Positions 13,558 to 26,460 of a stretch of 64,000 nucleotides of DNA are shown here, piece by piece. Origin of the DNA: Trichoplax sp. H2. Its lineage: Eukaryota. Location: contig NOWV01000022.1 of the NCBI GenBank assembly GCA_003344405.1, positions 496,001 to 560,000 on the forward strand. The letters are read 5' to 3'. The notes under the pieces are model-generated. The model did not search any database. It was not told the origin of the DNA and saw only the letters and a list, made by a program, of their open reading frames with translations. The stretch's first letter is position 1. Every line of letters starts with the position of its first letter. A program made the translations under genes and the position numbers.

Positions 13558-16500
13558 TTAAATAATCGGTTGAGATTTCTTCATCTCAATGTCTAGCTTG
13601 GCTAGATTCTTCTTTATCCGTAATGCTGTTAATCTTGCCGGCGCAGACTGATGCCAACATTCAGATAGAACTTGACCAATAACTCGCATATGCTATAATT
13701 GTTAACAAGGATAAAAAAAGCGATTACACCTAAGATAACAGTTATAGCTATATCTTTCATGTTGCGATAACACTTACCGCATCCCTAATCCATACATCAT
13801 ATATTGGTGGCCGTGTGTTTTGCAGTACTACAACCTCCTTCATTATTTCAAAACCTGGGTCCTGCGGTACCTTATCCCAATAAGGTAAATGGTGTTCAAC
13901 TATTCGATCATCATCGTCTATTATAGAGAGTGTATACACATATGTATCAAAAGATAGTTCTAATTATTTATAGGAAAATGCAAACAATTCAAACGTAAGG
14001 AAAAGCAATAATTATTTACCGTTGATAACGCTGCAAATGCATATTTCCCACAATACAAGACCAAAGGAGTAAACATCTGCCCTTTTAATGTCTTCAAATT
14101 TAGCGGTATTCAAAGTATCATTTAGAACTTCTGGAGCCATGTATCTTTTCGTGCCTACTCGCTTGTTTGGAGCAATATCTACTGTATCTTTTTCGGAATC
14201 ATAGCGCACAGCCAAGCCTAATAACAAGTAATATTAAGTAGAACAACGTTGATCTAGATTAAATTAGACAGTAAAATTTTAAACCTGCAGTTTATTTTTC
14301 CTACCCAAATCTCCAATACAGCAAGTCTTGTCACGTTTAACGAGAATATTCCTGGATTTGATATCGCGATGAGCTATAGCGGGCTTACCTTGTTTACCAA
14401 CAATTTCCGCATGCAGATATGCTAAACCACTAACAGCTGACAAAGCTAATCGAATCATGTCAAATTTATCGCAATACTGACCCTTTGAAAATTAAGATAA
14501 TAGAAAACTAAGCAGTGAGCAATAATATGTAAATTTTATTGGTTGTACCTGTAGATAATCATACAACGATCCGAATTCATGATAATCTGTTACGAGATAT
14601 AACTGAGTAACACTTTGGCTACCCATAATGTCAGAAGCGATGTAGCCTAAGATATTTTCATGTCTCATTAATGTTGTTTCATAAATTTCAGTTTCTCTTC
14701 TCCACGACGCTTCCTATAATTGATATTTAAAATTATTGTTACATAAGCGTCTAGAGCAAATTCAAGCATAAATATAGCACAGTGTATGAAATGACCTCTA
14801 TTGAGTAAAATATCTTAACAGCAACAAATCCACCGCGCCATTTTGCCATCCAAACTTCACCAAATCTTCCTCTTCCAACGGCTTTTACTAAAGTGATCTC
14901 TTTAGCAAATGTTCTCTTGACCTATTTTAAAGATTGTGGTTATCTATCGTACAACTTGCATTCTAATAATCCCATTCGCCTACATTTAATGAATTATAAT
15001 TTTACCATCAACGGCCTTCCAGCGCCTGAACCCGAAGTAACTTCACTATAAATTTTATATGATTCCATAGTCGCTGCACTTGTACCATTTCCATCATTCA
15101 TATTTAAATCTAAGCTAGAAGACGACTCCCGCTGATATTTTCGCTTAAACCTATATTGAATGAATATGAGCGTTAAAGAACTTCTTGAGAAAATTTATTT
15201 TTTCGGGCAAAGGCATTTACGCTGAAAACCAATAAATGATCTAACGTTCTATTTATCACAAAATGTGAACTTTATTAAAGAACACTGTATAGGTAAATTC
15301 TTTTACCTTAGATAGAGATAGCCGGTGGCTAATACGATGAAACTAGTACCAATAGCAGAACACACAATTAATGCGATATCACCACTGTCGATTGGTCTTT
15401 GGGTGCTTTGAGTTCCTAAAAAAAGGAATTGCACGCGTATTAGTTGTGTTGAGGCATCTACGTAATTTTTCTATTACTTTCAAGAATCAATGATCGACGA
15501 TATTACGACCACGTGATGTACAAAAGTCTAATTATTGAATCGATTTGAATCAGTCAATTTATATGTCGTTATTTATAAGTTAAGAGGGATTACAGCAACT
15601 AAAATAAAAAAGCGCGAAATATCTTATAACTCGTCTACAATTATTTAAAATTCAAATATCCTCGTTGACACCTTTCCGTTAAAGATACAAAATTAATCGC
15701 TCCAGGATTTACCTATCGGCGTCGATGGCTGAGGCTTCATCGTTGGTGGAGGATAAGTAGGCGGCGCCAAATTGCAGTAATCAGAATTGCAACAACGTAT
15801 ATAATTTCGAATCGGTGCATCTTTATTCGGTACAAAGTTACAGTGAAATAGAGTCGAACCGCTACCGTTGACATGCGACAAACAACCCATAACACTAGTA
15901 GTTACACTGCCATTGACTTCGAGAGAATGATAGCATCTGGATTTATCACGATTAGTTGTATTGCACAATTTACTGCCATTCTTACTAGTATAACAGTGAT
16001 TTGCATTTCCATGACTGTTACAATAGCAAGTGAGAGATATCGCTGAAAATAGATAAGGTTTATGAATTAGTTGATGCTTGTTTCTTCCTTTCTTCTTTTT
16101 CAACATTATCTTATAGATTGCTTGCATAACTCAGTCGACAGTGGACAGTCTAGTTGATGGGAGGATCGTGGATTATTATTTTTGCTAATGGTCAATTTAA
16201 GCTTTTTAATAGTTTTCATCACTAGTTGAGGGATTTACGTGTTTACAAAGTAATTTTTGGCCGTATCTTAAAAAGCTCTTGCTATATAATGGGCAAATAG
16301 AATTAATTAAAAAATAACTGATAAATTACGATTGATGCATTAATCAAGATAACAATATAAATTATCAGGCGATTAATTGGCGATATATCACTGATAACAG
16401 ACACAGAATTGATTAAGTGAATAAACCGATTAGACCATGAAAAATGACTCTACGTACTTTTATACCGTGCATAGCAATAACTATCTATATAATCTCATTC

Positions 16501-18439
16501 ATCATGCGATGGCGGATGATTGATTGATTTTTCGCTATGTCAAGGATCGTGATAATATTGTTGATACGTTTATAACTAGAGTATAAGCTTGAAGGAATTT
16601 CCTCTCGAAGTAATACCATTTTAATATAGCTATTTGGTTACCAGTAATTTTTTATAATCCCCAATTGTAACATAAATAGCTCGCTCCACTATATTGAAAT
16701 TAATTTTTGCTGAATGTTATTGTCATGAAATACTATGACAAAGAAAAAATTTAGTGTAGCATGCAGGACAGTAGAATGGAAAAAAATAAAAATTAATATA
16801 CAAACTCGATTGACTTTATCGCTTGCGTAGTATTAAACTATCCATTAAAACACTAATGAGAACACTATTGAAATTGCTAACAGCATCAACGCTATTGTTG
16901 TTGTTTTTATATAGTACTATGGGGTTTCTAGCCATCTTTAGAATATAAATGACCGCGTGATGTACCATGGACTTATAGATCATCGCATCTAAAAGTCCAT
17001 AGTTATACTCGTACGTAGAGGATTTTTGTTCAGATAACGATACTTGAAACAAGAATTGATTTATTCGAGGCTTTTTCTACATGCCATGATGGTATAAATG
17101 ATGTCATACTACTGTAATTTACTCTAATGCATACGTTGAGATATCATTATCGTAGATATGACTAAAAACGAAAACAAATAAAAAAACTAATTACTATAAT
17201 GCTTTCCTTGCCTCTCTATCTAAAAACATGATTGCCTCCGATCGTTGCCAAAGCAATTCTGTATGTAAAATACGTAATAATAATACGATTAATCACTGGG
17301 AAAGATTGTCTAAAATATATACTGAAGAATGCATGGGTAATTTGGTATATACTGTAATATAACATTGATAATACTACAAAGACATGATCATTGATCGACA
17401 TGCTAGTCCGCAATAGCCTCATTAAAATGATAATAATACATTACTTAGCATTGTTATCAAGTGTACACTATAGTGTTTATAGGATTTCTCTCTTGAATAG
17501 ACAAGAAGAGATCTGATGATAACGTGATGAGAAGCTCCATCCAATTCATCATCGTATCTTTATTTCCATGTAGGAATGGAGCGATAGATTGACTAACGCC
17601 ATCGGCGGTGAAGTCGATCGACGATCATGATGAGTACAGAATAATCTTTCAGCTATCATAAAATCGAGTAAAACGAAACTGAAGATTGTGTGTCTGACTA
17701 TGTACGTAATGAAATATGAAGATACAACATAAGATTGCATTCATTAATTGTGCGTACCATGTAATAATAATAATGATGATCATCTTTTTTTCCACGACAT
17801 CACTATCTGTCTTGTGTCCAGCGTAATGAATAACCAATCCATTCAATGAGTTGGAAGTAGAGTGATCAATCGTTTACTAATTGAAATGAATTGGTATCCT
17901 TTATAGTTGGATAAAATTTCAAATTCCCAATTTGAAATAGATCCTATTTAATTTACCTAATAGGGAGAATCAATCCTAATCGAGTCATTGACATTTTACT
18001 CCTTCTAAAGTCAGTGTAGTAATTAATCAATGCAATAGGATGGGCTTCTAGTGTGATTGAATTTCTTCCTAAATCCTCCAAAGGAACTACTACAAGACCG
18101 TGAATCAAGATAGCCTTGAATGGGCCGAAATCTTAATCATCGGTATCGTGCATGACCTTTTTTGACTGTGAATTTGCATTAATCAAATAAATTTGTTTAC
18201 TCGCGGTTTACCATTTCATACACGATTTTACTGGAGAAGCGCTAGTCTATCAACTTATCATACCAGTAAATTAAGCAAAGAAAAATTAAAAAAGAAAACC
18301 ATACACCTCATGATCATGCCAAAAAATGAGCTAACATGATGAAATAGTTTATCGATCATTTCTTACCATGTTCACAAACGAAGAGTATTGACAAAAGCAA
18401 TAAAATGCGATTGGAAATATTACGCCTTGTCGTCGCCAT
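13558..18439 (-). CDS. TGF-beta superfamily type I Ser/Thr kinase receptor, BMPR1/Tkv-like, about 10 exons
   Basis: Signal-peptide exon 18367-18439 ([24 protein letters not shown]). Cys-rich ectodomain ending [10 protein letters not shown] exon ~15307-15415; GS box TSGSGAG. Kinase motifs [40 protein letters not shown]45 region [21 protein letters not shown] is closest to the BMPR1 type. Confidence 0.92.
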
Positions 18440-18699
18440 GTTTGCTTTGAATGTCGGCGACACGCACGCGTAGTGTTTACATAACCTCTTATCTTAATCT
18501 TTTTATTATGCTGGCGAGCGAGACGACTGTCGATCGGTACAATCAAAGTTGACCCGTAATCTTCTGACGTAACTGATACGAGACCGCCCCGGACAATAAA
18601 AAATCACACTACAGTGTTGAAAGACGTGACGTTAACCAGTCAAAAAGCGCGATATCCGTGGTGACTTGCAAAATGAAATGTCACCCATGAATGTACATT

Positions 18700-20310
18700 G
18701 TTCTGTACTGTACACTATAGTACTACAGTATACTGTATAGAGTAGACTGTACTGTAGACACTATAGTATACTGTACTGGGTCAAGAAGAGAAAAAGTTCA
18801 AGGCAATTTTTCTTTCACGACACTATAGTATTTTTTCAACCAGGTCCAAAAAACTGTATACTGTATACAGTACTGGACTACAGTCAATCCTTCTTGTACT
18901 CAGTTGGGCTCGTTAATTAATGATGATGAGTATTCAAAGGGTAAATCTACAATCTAGCTTGTGGCGTGAAATGGTATAATTACGCCTATATCAACATACC
19001 AGTAATCGGAATTGAATACATGACAAGGCTCTTATTGTAAATCCCGGCGACTTGGACTCTTTCCGGTCTTGTGATTCGCTCTACTTATTGTGTTGTACTT
19101 CTACGGTATTAGTCTCTGGTCGAATACCGTAATTCGGTACCAAAACGATACGCTACTACCGTTCAGGACTAGAAAAAAAAATCTTTTCCAGTAGTCCTTG
19201 ATTCGGTATTTCGGTGTACAGTACTGTAGTACTGCACTACGGGTATACAAGACTTTTATTCGATTGAATATAGTTATTCAGCAACCCTTTGGTTTTATGG
19301 TGGCCGTCGAATGGAAGGTGTACTCTACTCGATTAGCAACAGCAAAGTCATCTATTCTCTTTACTAAATAATGTGAAAGTTGTCGAATTAATTCAAGCGC
19401 TCCATTGATCCCGAAGCTGGTTCTCGCATACTGTACAGTGTACAGTGTACAGTACGCCAAACTAGAGTACAGTACTGTACTGCGCTTAGTGCAGACTGCA
19501 GACTACAGTACAAATTATACTGTACTGAACACAGTGTACAGTATATGTAGTACTGTACTGTATAGTACAATAGTACTGTAGTGTACTCTACTCTTTTAGC
19601 AATTAGCAGCAGCAAAGTCATCTATTCTCTTTACTAATAAGAGTGAAACCTTGTCATATTAATTCAAGCGCCCCATTGATCCCTAAGCTGGTTCTCGCAT
19701 ACTGTACTGTACACTGTACAGCACTGTATAATAGCAGTGTACTCTGCTCTATTAGCAATTAGCAACAGCAAAGTCATCTATTCTCTTTACTAATAAGAGT
19801 GAAACGATGTCGTATTAATTCAAGCGCTCCATTGATCTCTAAGCTGGTTCTCGCATACTGTACACTGTACAGTACAGTACAGTCTACAGTCTACAGTACG
19901 CCAAACTAGAGTACTGCGCTTAGTGTCGTACAGTACTGCGCTTAGTGCAGTGTACTGTACAGTACTCTACTACGAGCAACAGCAAAGTCATCTATTCTCT
20001 TTGCTAATAAGAGTGAAACGTTGTCATCATATTAATTCAAGCGCTCCATTGATCCCTAAGCTAGTTCTCGCAATAGCAGTGTACTCTACTCTATTAGCAA
20101 TTAGCAACAGCAAAGTCATCTATTCTCTTTACTAATAAGAGTGAAACGTTGTCCTATTAATTCAAGCGCTCCATTGATCCTTAAGCTCGTTCTCGCATAC
20201 TGTACTGTACTGTACACAGTGTACAGTGTACAGTACAATAGCTTCTCATGCCTGTACAGTACAATGTTCTGTACAAGTGTACATTCCTTGACGTGCACTG
20301 TCTACACAAC
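18700..20310. repeat. TACAG/CTGTA tracts interleaved with 5 copies of a ~115 bp cassette
   Basis: Cassette AGCAACAGCAAAGTCATCTATTCTCTTTACTAATAAGAGTGAAACG...ATTAATTCAAGCGCTCCATTGATCCCTAAGCTGGTTCTCGCA at ~19320, 19580, 19737, 19965 and 20080. Confidence 0.92.
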
Positions 20311-20335
20311 GCGTGCGCACTTGTAAAAATCAAAC

Positions 20336-23334
20336 ATGGCAGATCGCAGTAGAAGGAGAATCAACATCGAAGGCGTGTTGCGATTCGCATTAGAACATCA
20401 AGATGCCCCAGCTGCTGGAGGAGAAATTGCTTATCAGCCTATTTCGGAAGATGTAAGCTATACAATGTTAGAAAAAAGATCGATTTTCATGCTAGCAGCA
20501 AGCCTAGATCGTTTACTATCGTACAGTATTTAGTAGTTTTTTCTTCAACCAAGTGTTGATTTCATACTCAAGTCGGTGATTCAGTAAACACTGTTGAATC
20601 TCTCATATTGTATCATTGACACAACGATCTTGAACAGACGAACAATAGTAGGATAGTATCAATGCATAATATAACTTTCTCTTCCTTAATCGATCAACTT
20701 ATTTTGACTTGAACATAACTATACAAGAACATTCATACACACGTAATGTTGCATATACGTATGGTGTAGTAGATCGAGAAAATGGGTTCAGAAATGTATT
20801 GGTTTTAAACTGCATATCATAGACACGTGGGGAATGGATCTAGCATAAAATGATCCTTCTCCTCATTGGAGATACGATTTATAACTCTACGTAGAAAGTA
20901 CTACAGGAAGTGTTGAAACACTTATACTAATATTGATGAATAAATGGATTGATTAATGTAAAGAGACGGACCTGGTTGAGAGCAGCATTAGATTTTTTAT
21001 CCAGCGCAGAAAGTGAAATTGATCGCTTGAAAGCTTGTACGGAAGTATTGAAAAAATCGGAAATGAAACGAAAGGAGCGCAATATTGATACTTATGCTGA
21101 TTCCGATGAAGACAAAAAATTAGTTCTAAATGCTTTGGAGGAGATCATTGAAATTATCGATCAGATCGATAATGCACGAGGTAATTTTTTGCTTTATGTT
21201 CATGATAACATTTAAAAAGTTAAGCTTGTTCATTCCATGTAAATATCAATGCATTTCTTTTCCAATAAAATAAACTTCAGTATTCAGTATTGTGATAGTG
21301 CAGTTTTCCTCTTATAGATTATAGGTAGATGTAATTTTCGTTATTTGCATTATTAGATTTCTGTACTATTGGTGGATTGAAATATGTGGTTAATTTAATC
21401 GAGGAAATCAAAAACAAGTAAGTTATTCCACCGTACCGGTAATACGAGTACGCGTATTAATATTACATATAAATAGAAGCTGGTTACTTTAACCTACTGT
21501 AGAACAGTTTAATGTCGATATAATTACGCCTGGTTGAAGTAATATCACATTTTACTATTCGAAGATATATCTATTTGATATGGGAGTTCACAGTGTCAAA
21601 TTAATGTCTGATGCAAATATGCTATTAGTGTATACTGTACACCTTAGCGGCTAATGTTACCGCTTGAATTGAATTCAGTCAATCAATAAGATACTATGGT
21701 TACCCTGATCCCACTCATGACGGGATTATGTTCCGCTGTAAAGTAATTTACAGATTGGATTTGTAAATTGTCTGTAGTCCTTTACAGTGACACCTGTATG
21801 GTATTTGATTTGATCTTGCTAATATGAACATTTTATGAACGAATTAATGATTTCAGTGATATCATTATTGCCTCATGTAACGTAATTGCCACCGTCACTC
21901 AAAACAATCCATCGTGTCAAGACTTTGCTATTCGTTGCAAAGTTATTCAGCCGTTACTAAATTTGTTGCAAAACTCGGATGTGACAGAAGTTAAGGTTAA
22001 ATGCGTATATGCATTATCAGGTGAGAGGAACTACTTATTTGAAAGCACTCTATTATGACATCATGCTGTATACTTTGAAATATCATTGAGCATATATCGG
22101 CTACGAAGATAGCAATTGCCTCTGTCATAAAGCTAGTTCTAATTATTTATTGCTACAGTCGAAAGTTTCAAGCCTTACTGTCCTATAGATTAGGCAATGT
22201 AGTACATCCGGATGCATCCTAGCCGTGTAGTATATTTTCATTAACAAATGAATGATAGGCTGTTTGTCAATTTTGCTCTATCGTACATTCATAGTCTTAA
22301 CAGATACACGATCGTAGCGATTAAAATTCTTTTTAGAAAATCTTCAACTGCGCTGCCTGCGCAATATGTATACGTAAATCATTCATCTAATAAATTATAC
22401 CTTCTAACTGGAGATCGCGTAATGCAACATTTATGCAAAGAATCTTTTCGTAACGTCTTGACTTCATTAATGAGTAGACAGCAGACTATGGTTCTAGTTT
22501 TAAGTATATCTGGATTTGAAATACAGTATTGTCAAATTATAGCATATAAACAAATTATGCAAAAGAATGGCATCCAGTATAACTTTTATAAAGTAAGCTA
22601 ATAAAATACTGTTACCTTACAATAGGCCTGATTAGGGAGCACATAAAGGCCCAGGAGTCATTCGCTGAAAACGATGGATACTCAATTATTGTTCGTTCCC
22701 TACAAGTGAAGGCGCCAAAATTGCGAATTAAAATAGCTTTCTTATGTAAAGCGTTGTGTGCTCATCAACCTGAAATTAAAGGTAAGATTATTCCAATTAA
22801 TATTACCAGCATAATGATACCAAAATATGCCAAAAAGTATTGGGTTTAAATGTACATTAATATCGTTTGGTTATTGTATGGCTATTAACTATGTTTTGTG
22901 ATTGTTTAATTTCTGTTCTAGATATTCTACTTCGCGTTGGATTTGTTGATCACCTTGCTGTGATTTTGCAGGAACCTCACAATAGCTACCATGAACACGT
23001 CTTGAGCGCATTAGTAGCTATAACCGATAATTGTGCTCCTGCCGTTGAAGCATGCCGTCAATCGCATCTTGAATTTGAAAAATCACTACGCTCGATCAAA
23101 GATCAAATTTTATCTAGCCCTGAATTACGTGATTCACAGCAGGTATATTACGATAACTTTTATAATCATCGTATTAAAACGTAGTAATTATAGCAAGAGC
23201 AGCTTACAGTACTATCGCTATGATGAGTGCCGTTAACTTTATCAAATATTGATTTACAGGAAGAGCTGCAATATTGTGAGAAATTATTAACCTGCTGTTT
23301 TGACAGTGATACTTTAGCAGTCGGAGAAAGATAG
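20336..23334 (+). CDS. HSPBP1: Hsp70-binding protein 1 (HspBP1/Fes1 nucleotide exchange factor), about 7 exons
   Basis: N-terminal 'NIEGVLRFALE', 'RRTWLRAAL', 'IDQIDNARDFCTIGGL', 'VTQNNPSCQ', 'KVKCVYALSGLIRE' armadillo-like segments; stop TAG at 23332-23334. Confidence 0.85.
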
Positions 23335-24520
23335 CTTTCAAATGGCATACAGACTGCTATGGGACTAATTCTTATAAATCCAAAGTCATAATCATATGGC
23401 ACTAAATTTACTGTGTATAGCGATACGAATATATTAACGATTTTATTATGGTTGATGCTTATCTCACTTCAGCAACGGGTACATTTATCTTGTGACTAGA
23501 TGTATATGAACGTCTAACTATTTCAATTTTAACTCTGTTGTTAACGTTAAGTAGCTGTTTAGTATCAATTAGATCGATTAAGTTTTTTCGTCGTAATTGA
23601 CGATATTTATGTCATTTTCACTTTAAAATTATATGACACTAATCTATATCGTGATCATGCGGTGGCACCGTATCGATAACTAATATACATACTCGTATAT
23701 ATATATACATATGTATTTACGCAGACAGATTGCGAATTGAATGGCTTGTATTTGTCTTTTCTAGATAAAACATACTGGATAGTAACATAATAGATGCTTC
23801 TATTTCAATAAAATTACTATGAATTGTTGATTATAAACGGTTTTATAATTAAATTTTGTTTCATAGTTACAAGCAGCAGTTGTTAATTACTGATTCAGAG
23901 CAGGAATGTTTTAAGAATTTAATCCGCTAGTTCCTTGCTATAACTTTATAGTTTTAGAAAAGGCACAGTATTTTCAATGTATAGGCACAAGATCGAATAA
24001 GAAAAGTGATACACCTATCTATGAAACGAAGCTAGCAAGCCTTATTGCTTAATGCCTTTCATGATACAGTACATAGAAGGAGAAGCCTTTAACTATAACA
24101 AAATAGTTAATTGACCGTAAATACCGTAAATTCAGATCAGTTGTCAGTTAATAATATGCGCTGTAAGTGTCAGAAGAAGACGACCACTATTATTATATCA
24201 TAGTTAAGATATACAAGGCTACCAAATTGGCTTACGCAAAGCGTAAAATGTGTCAAGAGTTGGATTAAAATACAAACGAGGTACTGCAACTCTAATTTCT
24301 TTTCTTTATTTATTAGGGCAAAATCGATCAAATTTTAACTGCTACACATTAAGCTATAGTATTAATATTTCATTCTTGTAATATGATATCATGCGCTTAC
24401 CTACATCACGCGTCTATATGAAATACAGAAAATAATTTGAATACTTTACGTAAAAATTTAGAAATTTTCTTACAGTGTACTAGACTAAAATATGACTATC
24501 ATAAAATTATGCATTTATTT

Positions 24521-26155
24521 TTAATCCACAGGGGTGACAGCAACAGCTTCATTCTCAATGCTGCATTCATCAACACCACGAAGGATTCTAAAAAAGCCAT
24601 TTTCTCCCCATTTTGTTCCCCTACATTATAAGTATTATATTTTTTTAGAAATAAGATTGAAATATTTATCAGAGTTAAGGTAATAAAAGGATAATTATTA
24701 ATTAAGTTGATCTTGTATATATGCGATAATTAAATATTTATCTTCTTTAGATAGTAAGCACAAAGAATCTAATTAAAAAATTCAATGTCGAGGTAATCTA
24801 TAAGCATACATCATCATATCGGTTACATCAATTGATTACTCATGACTGACTTACCAAGAATTTTTAACAATCCAGTAGTCTTTGCCAGATTTCTGGTCAG
24901 TTCCATAGCCAACTAATAAAACAGCATGGTTGGTAATCTGCCATGGATTATAACTATCTCCTAATCCGGTATGCTGATAAATACCACCTTTGTAATGCTT
25001 AAAATCGCCATAAACCTCAAAACTAATAGAAATAGGGCCATTCTTTACCAACTCGCGCATCATAAGGTATTCATTGCATGCACCGTAAAATCCACCAACG
25101 TAATAGTAGTTCGTGGTCGAATGGCGACGGCATTTCGATTTGGTTTCTTTACACGGTTCGTCTTTTCCATTATAAGGGAAGCAGCTTTCTTCAACTAAGC
25201 CAAAATCTTCACCATATTTACCAGCTATTAAGTATGGAAAACCACCAGCGCAACCTTGCGCGTACTCACTACAACTGACAACATCTTGAGGAGACATTAC
25301 TCTTTTTACGCTATTCTTACTTAGCACTCTGAGTCGAGCTTCATACATTGCCATGGAACTAAATGCGTAACAGCTACCACATGCTCCTTGATTTCTGACA
25401 GGCGATACGTAGTTCACGTTGGATACATTACGCCAATCAAACTGTTTTGGGAAGTAAATAAATTCGTCACTGTTACGAGATAGTCTATCTCGTTTCATCC
25501 TAAGTCGAGGTCCAGCGAAAGATTTGGGTACAGTTGGTCTACCAGATCGCATATTTAATTCAGCTAGAGTAAAATCTTCATATTCTGGGTATTCAGTAGC
25601 AGTCCACAAGCTTTGTGCACTATTAATTTGATTGATATAATCTTTATTGGGTATATATTTACGATGTTTTTGAAATTCTTGTAGAACAATTTGCTCTCTT
25701 AGATCGTGAGTACGAATTTCAGTACCTGATGGATGCATTTTAGTAGCATAATAGCATTGCCAATTGCTGTTATCGGTACTATGAGCCCATCCAAGTTGGG
25801 TTTGATCGCACATACTGGTTACTTTTGATCCGTGCTTAACATATTTGGAAAATGCAAAGTATTTTCTACCAGCTAAGACAATTTCAAATCCTTGATTATA
25901 AACCATTGTCCAAAAGCCTACATTTCCAGCAGCATCGACTGCTTTATCGGGAAAGAGTAGGTGAACAGTATAGTTGTTGGTAATCTTAAAATTTTTAGAG
26001 CAATCCACTTTCTTGGTCATTCCATCAACACCCAAGTGCAGCACCCATGTACCAACGGAATCGCCATAAGTACAATTGGCTGGTGTATCGCTCTTGCATA
26101 AAGCTAAAAAGGAAAAAAGAACGACAACAACGCCAGCAAAATAGCGAGAATTCAT
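24521..26155 (-). CDS. CTSC: Cathepsin C (dipeptidyl peptidase I), 2 exons (24855-26155, 24521-24620)
   Basis: Signal peptide then DTPANCTY (exclusion domain), [10 protein letters not shown], catalytic [25 protein letters not shown]; last exon [18 protein letters not shown]. Confidence 0.97.
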
Positions 26156-26344
26156 GTCGATATTGGTAGTCGATTGGAGGGAAAATGCTTGATGTTTGTC
26201 GGCGAGATTTTCCTGACTGGTTGCAAGGTTACCGACTTCCAGTGTCACCGTATCGCTGCTTCGAGCTTGAATCACATGATTCGCATGCAAATTATTCACT
26301 TTTGCGTTACATACCGTACCGTACCATAGGGGTTACCTTCATGA

Positions 26345-26460
26345 AGGCTACAGTACTGCACTGAACCACAGTACTCTGCATTGTAGCGTTTAGTGTACTG
26401 TACTGTACAGTACTGTATATACAGTATGTACTGTACTGTACTGTAGAGTACTTACTAGAG
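26345..26460. repeat. TACAG/CTGTA tract upstream of CTSC
   Basis: gtgtactgtactgtacagtactgtatatacagtatgtactgtactgtactgtag. Confidence 0.85.

Noticed and set aside
19385..19430. Twister ribozyme resemblance (TAATTCAAGC...ATCCCTAAGC, upstream GAGTG)
   Set aside because: P2, P4 and the T1 pseudoknot could not be paired by eye. A cmsearch with twister models would settle it.
19318..20200. CRISPR-like repeat/spacer arrangement (also at 30243-30790)
   Set aside because: Repeats are 85-115 bp, spacers are low-complexity and variable in length, there are no cas genes, and the context is eukaryotic.
26156..26299. 48 aa N-terminal extension of cathepsin C in the ORF track
   Set aside because: It starts at a non-ATG codon. 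The ATG at 26155 directly precedes a normal signal peptide.
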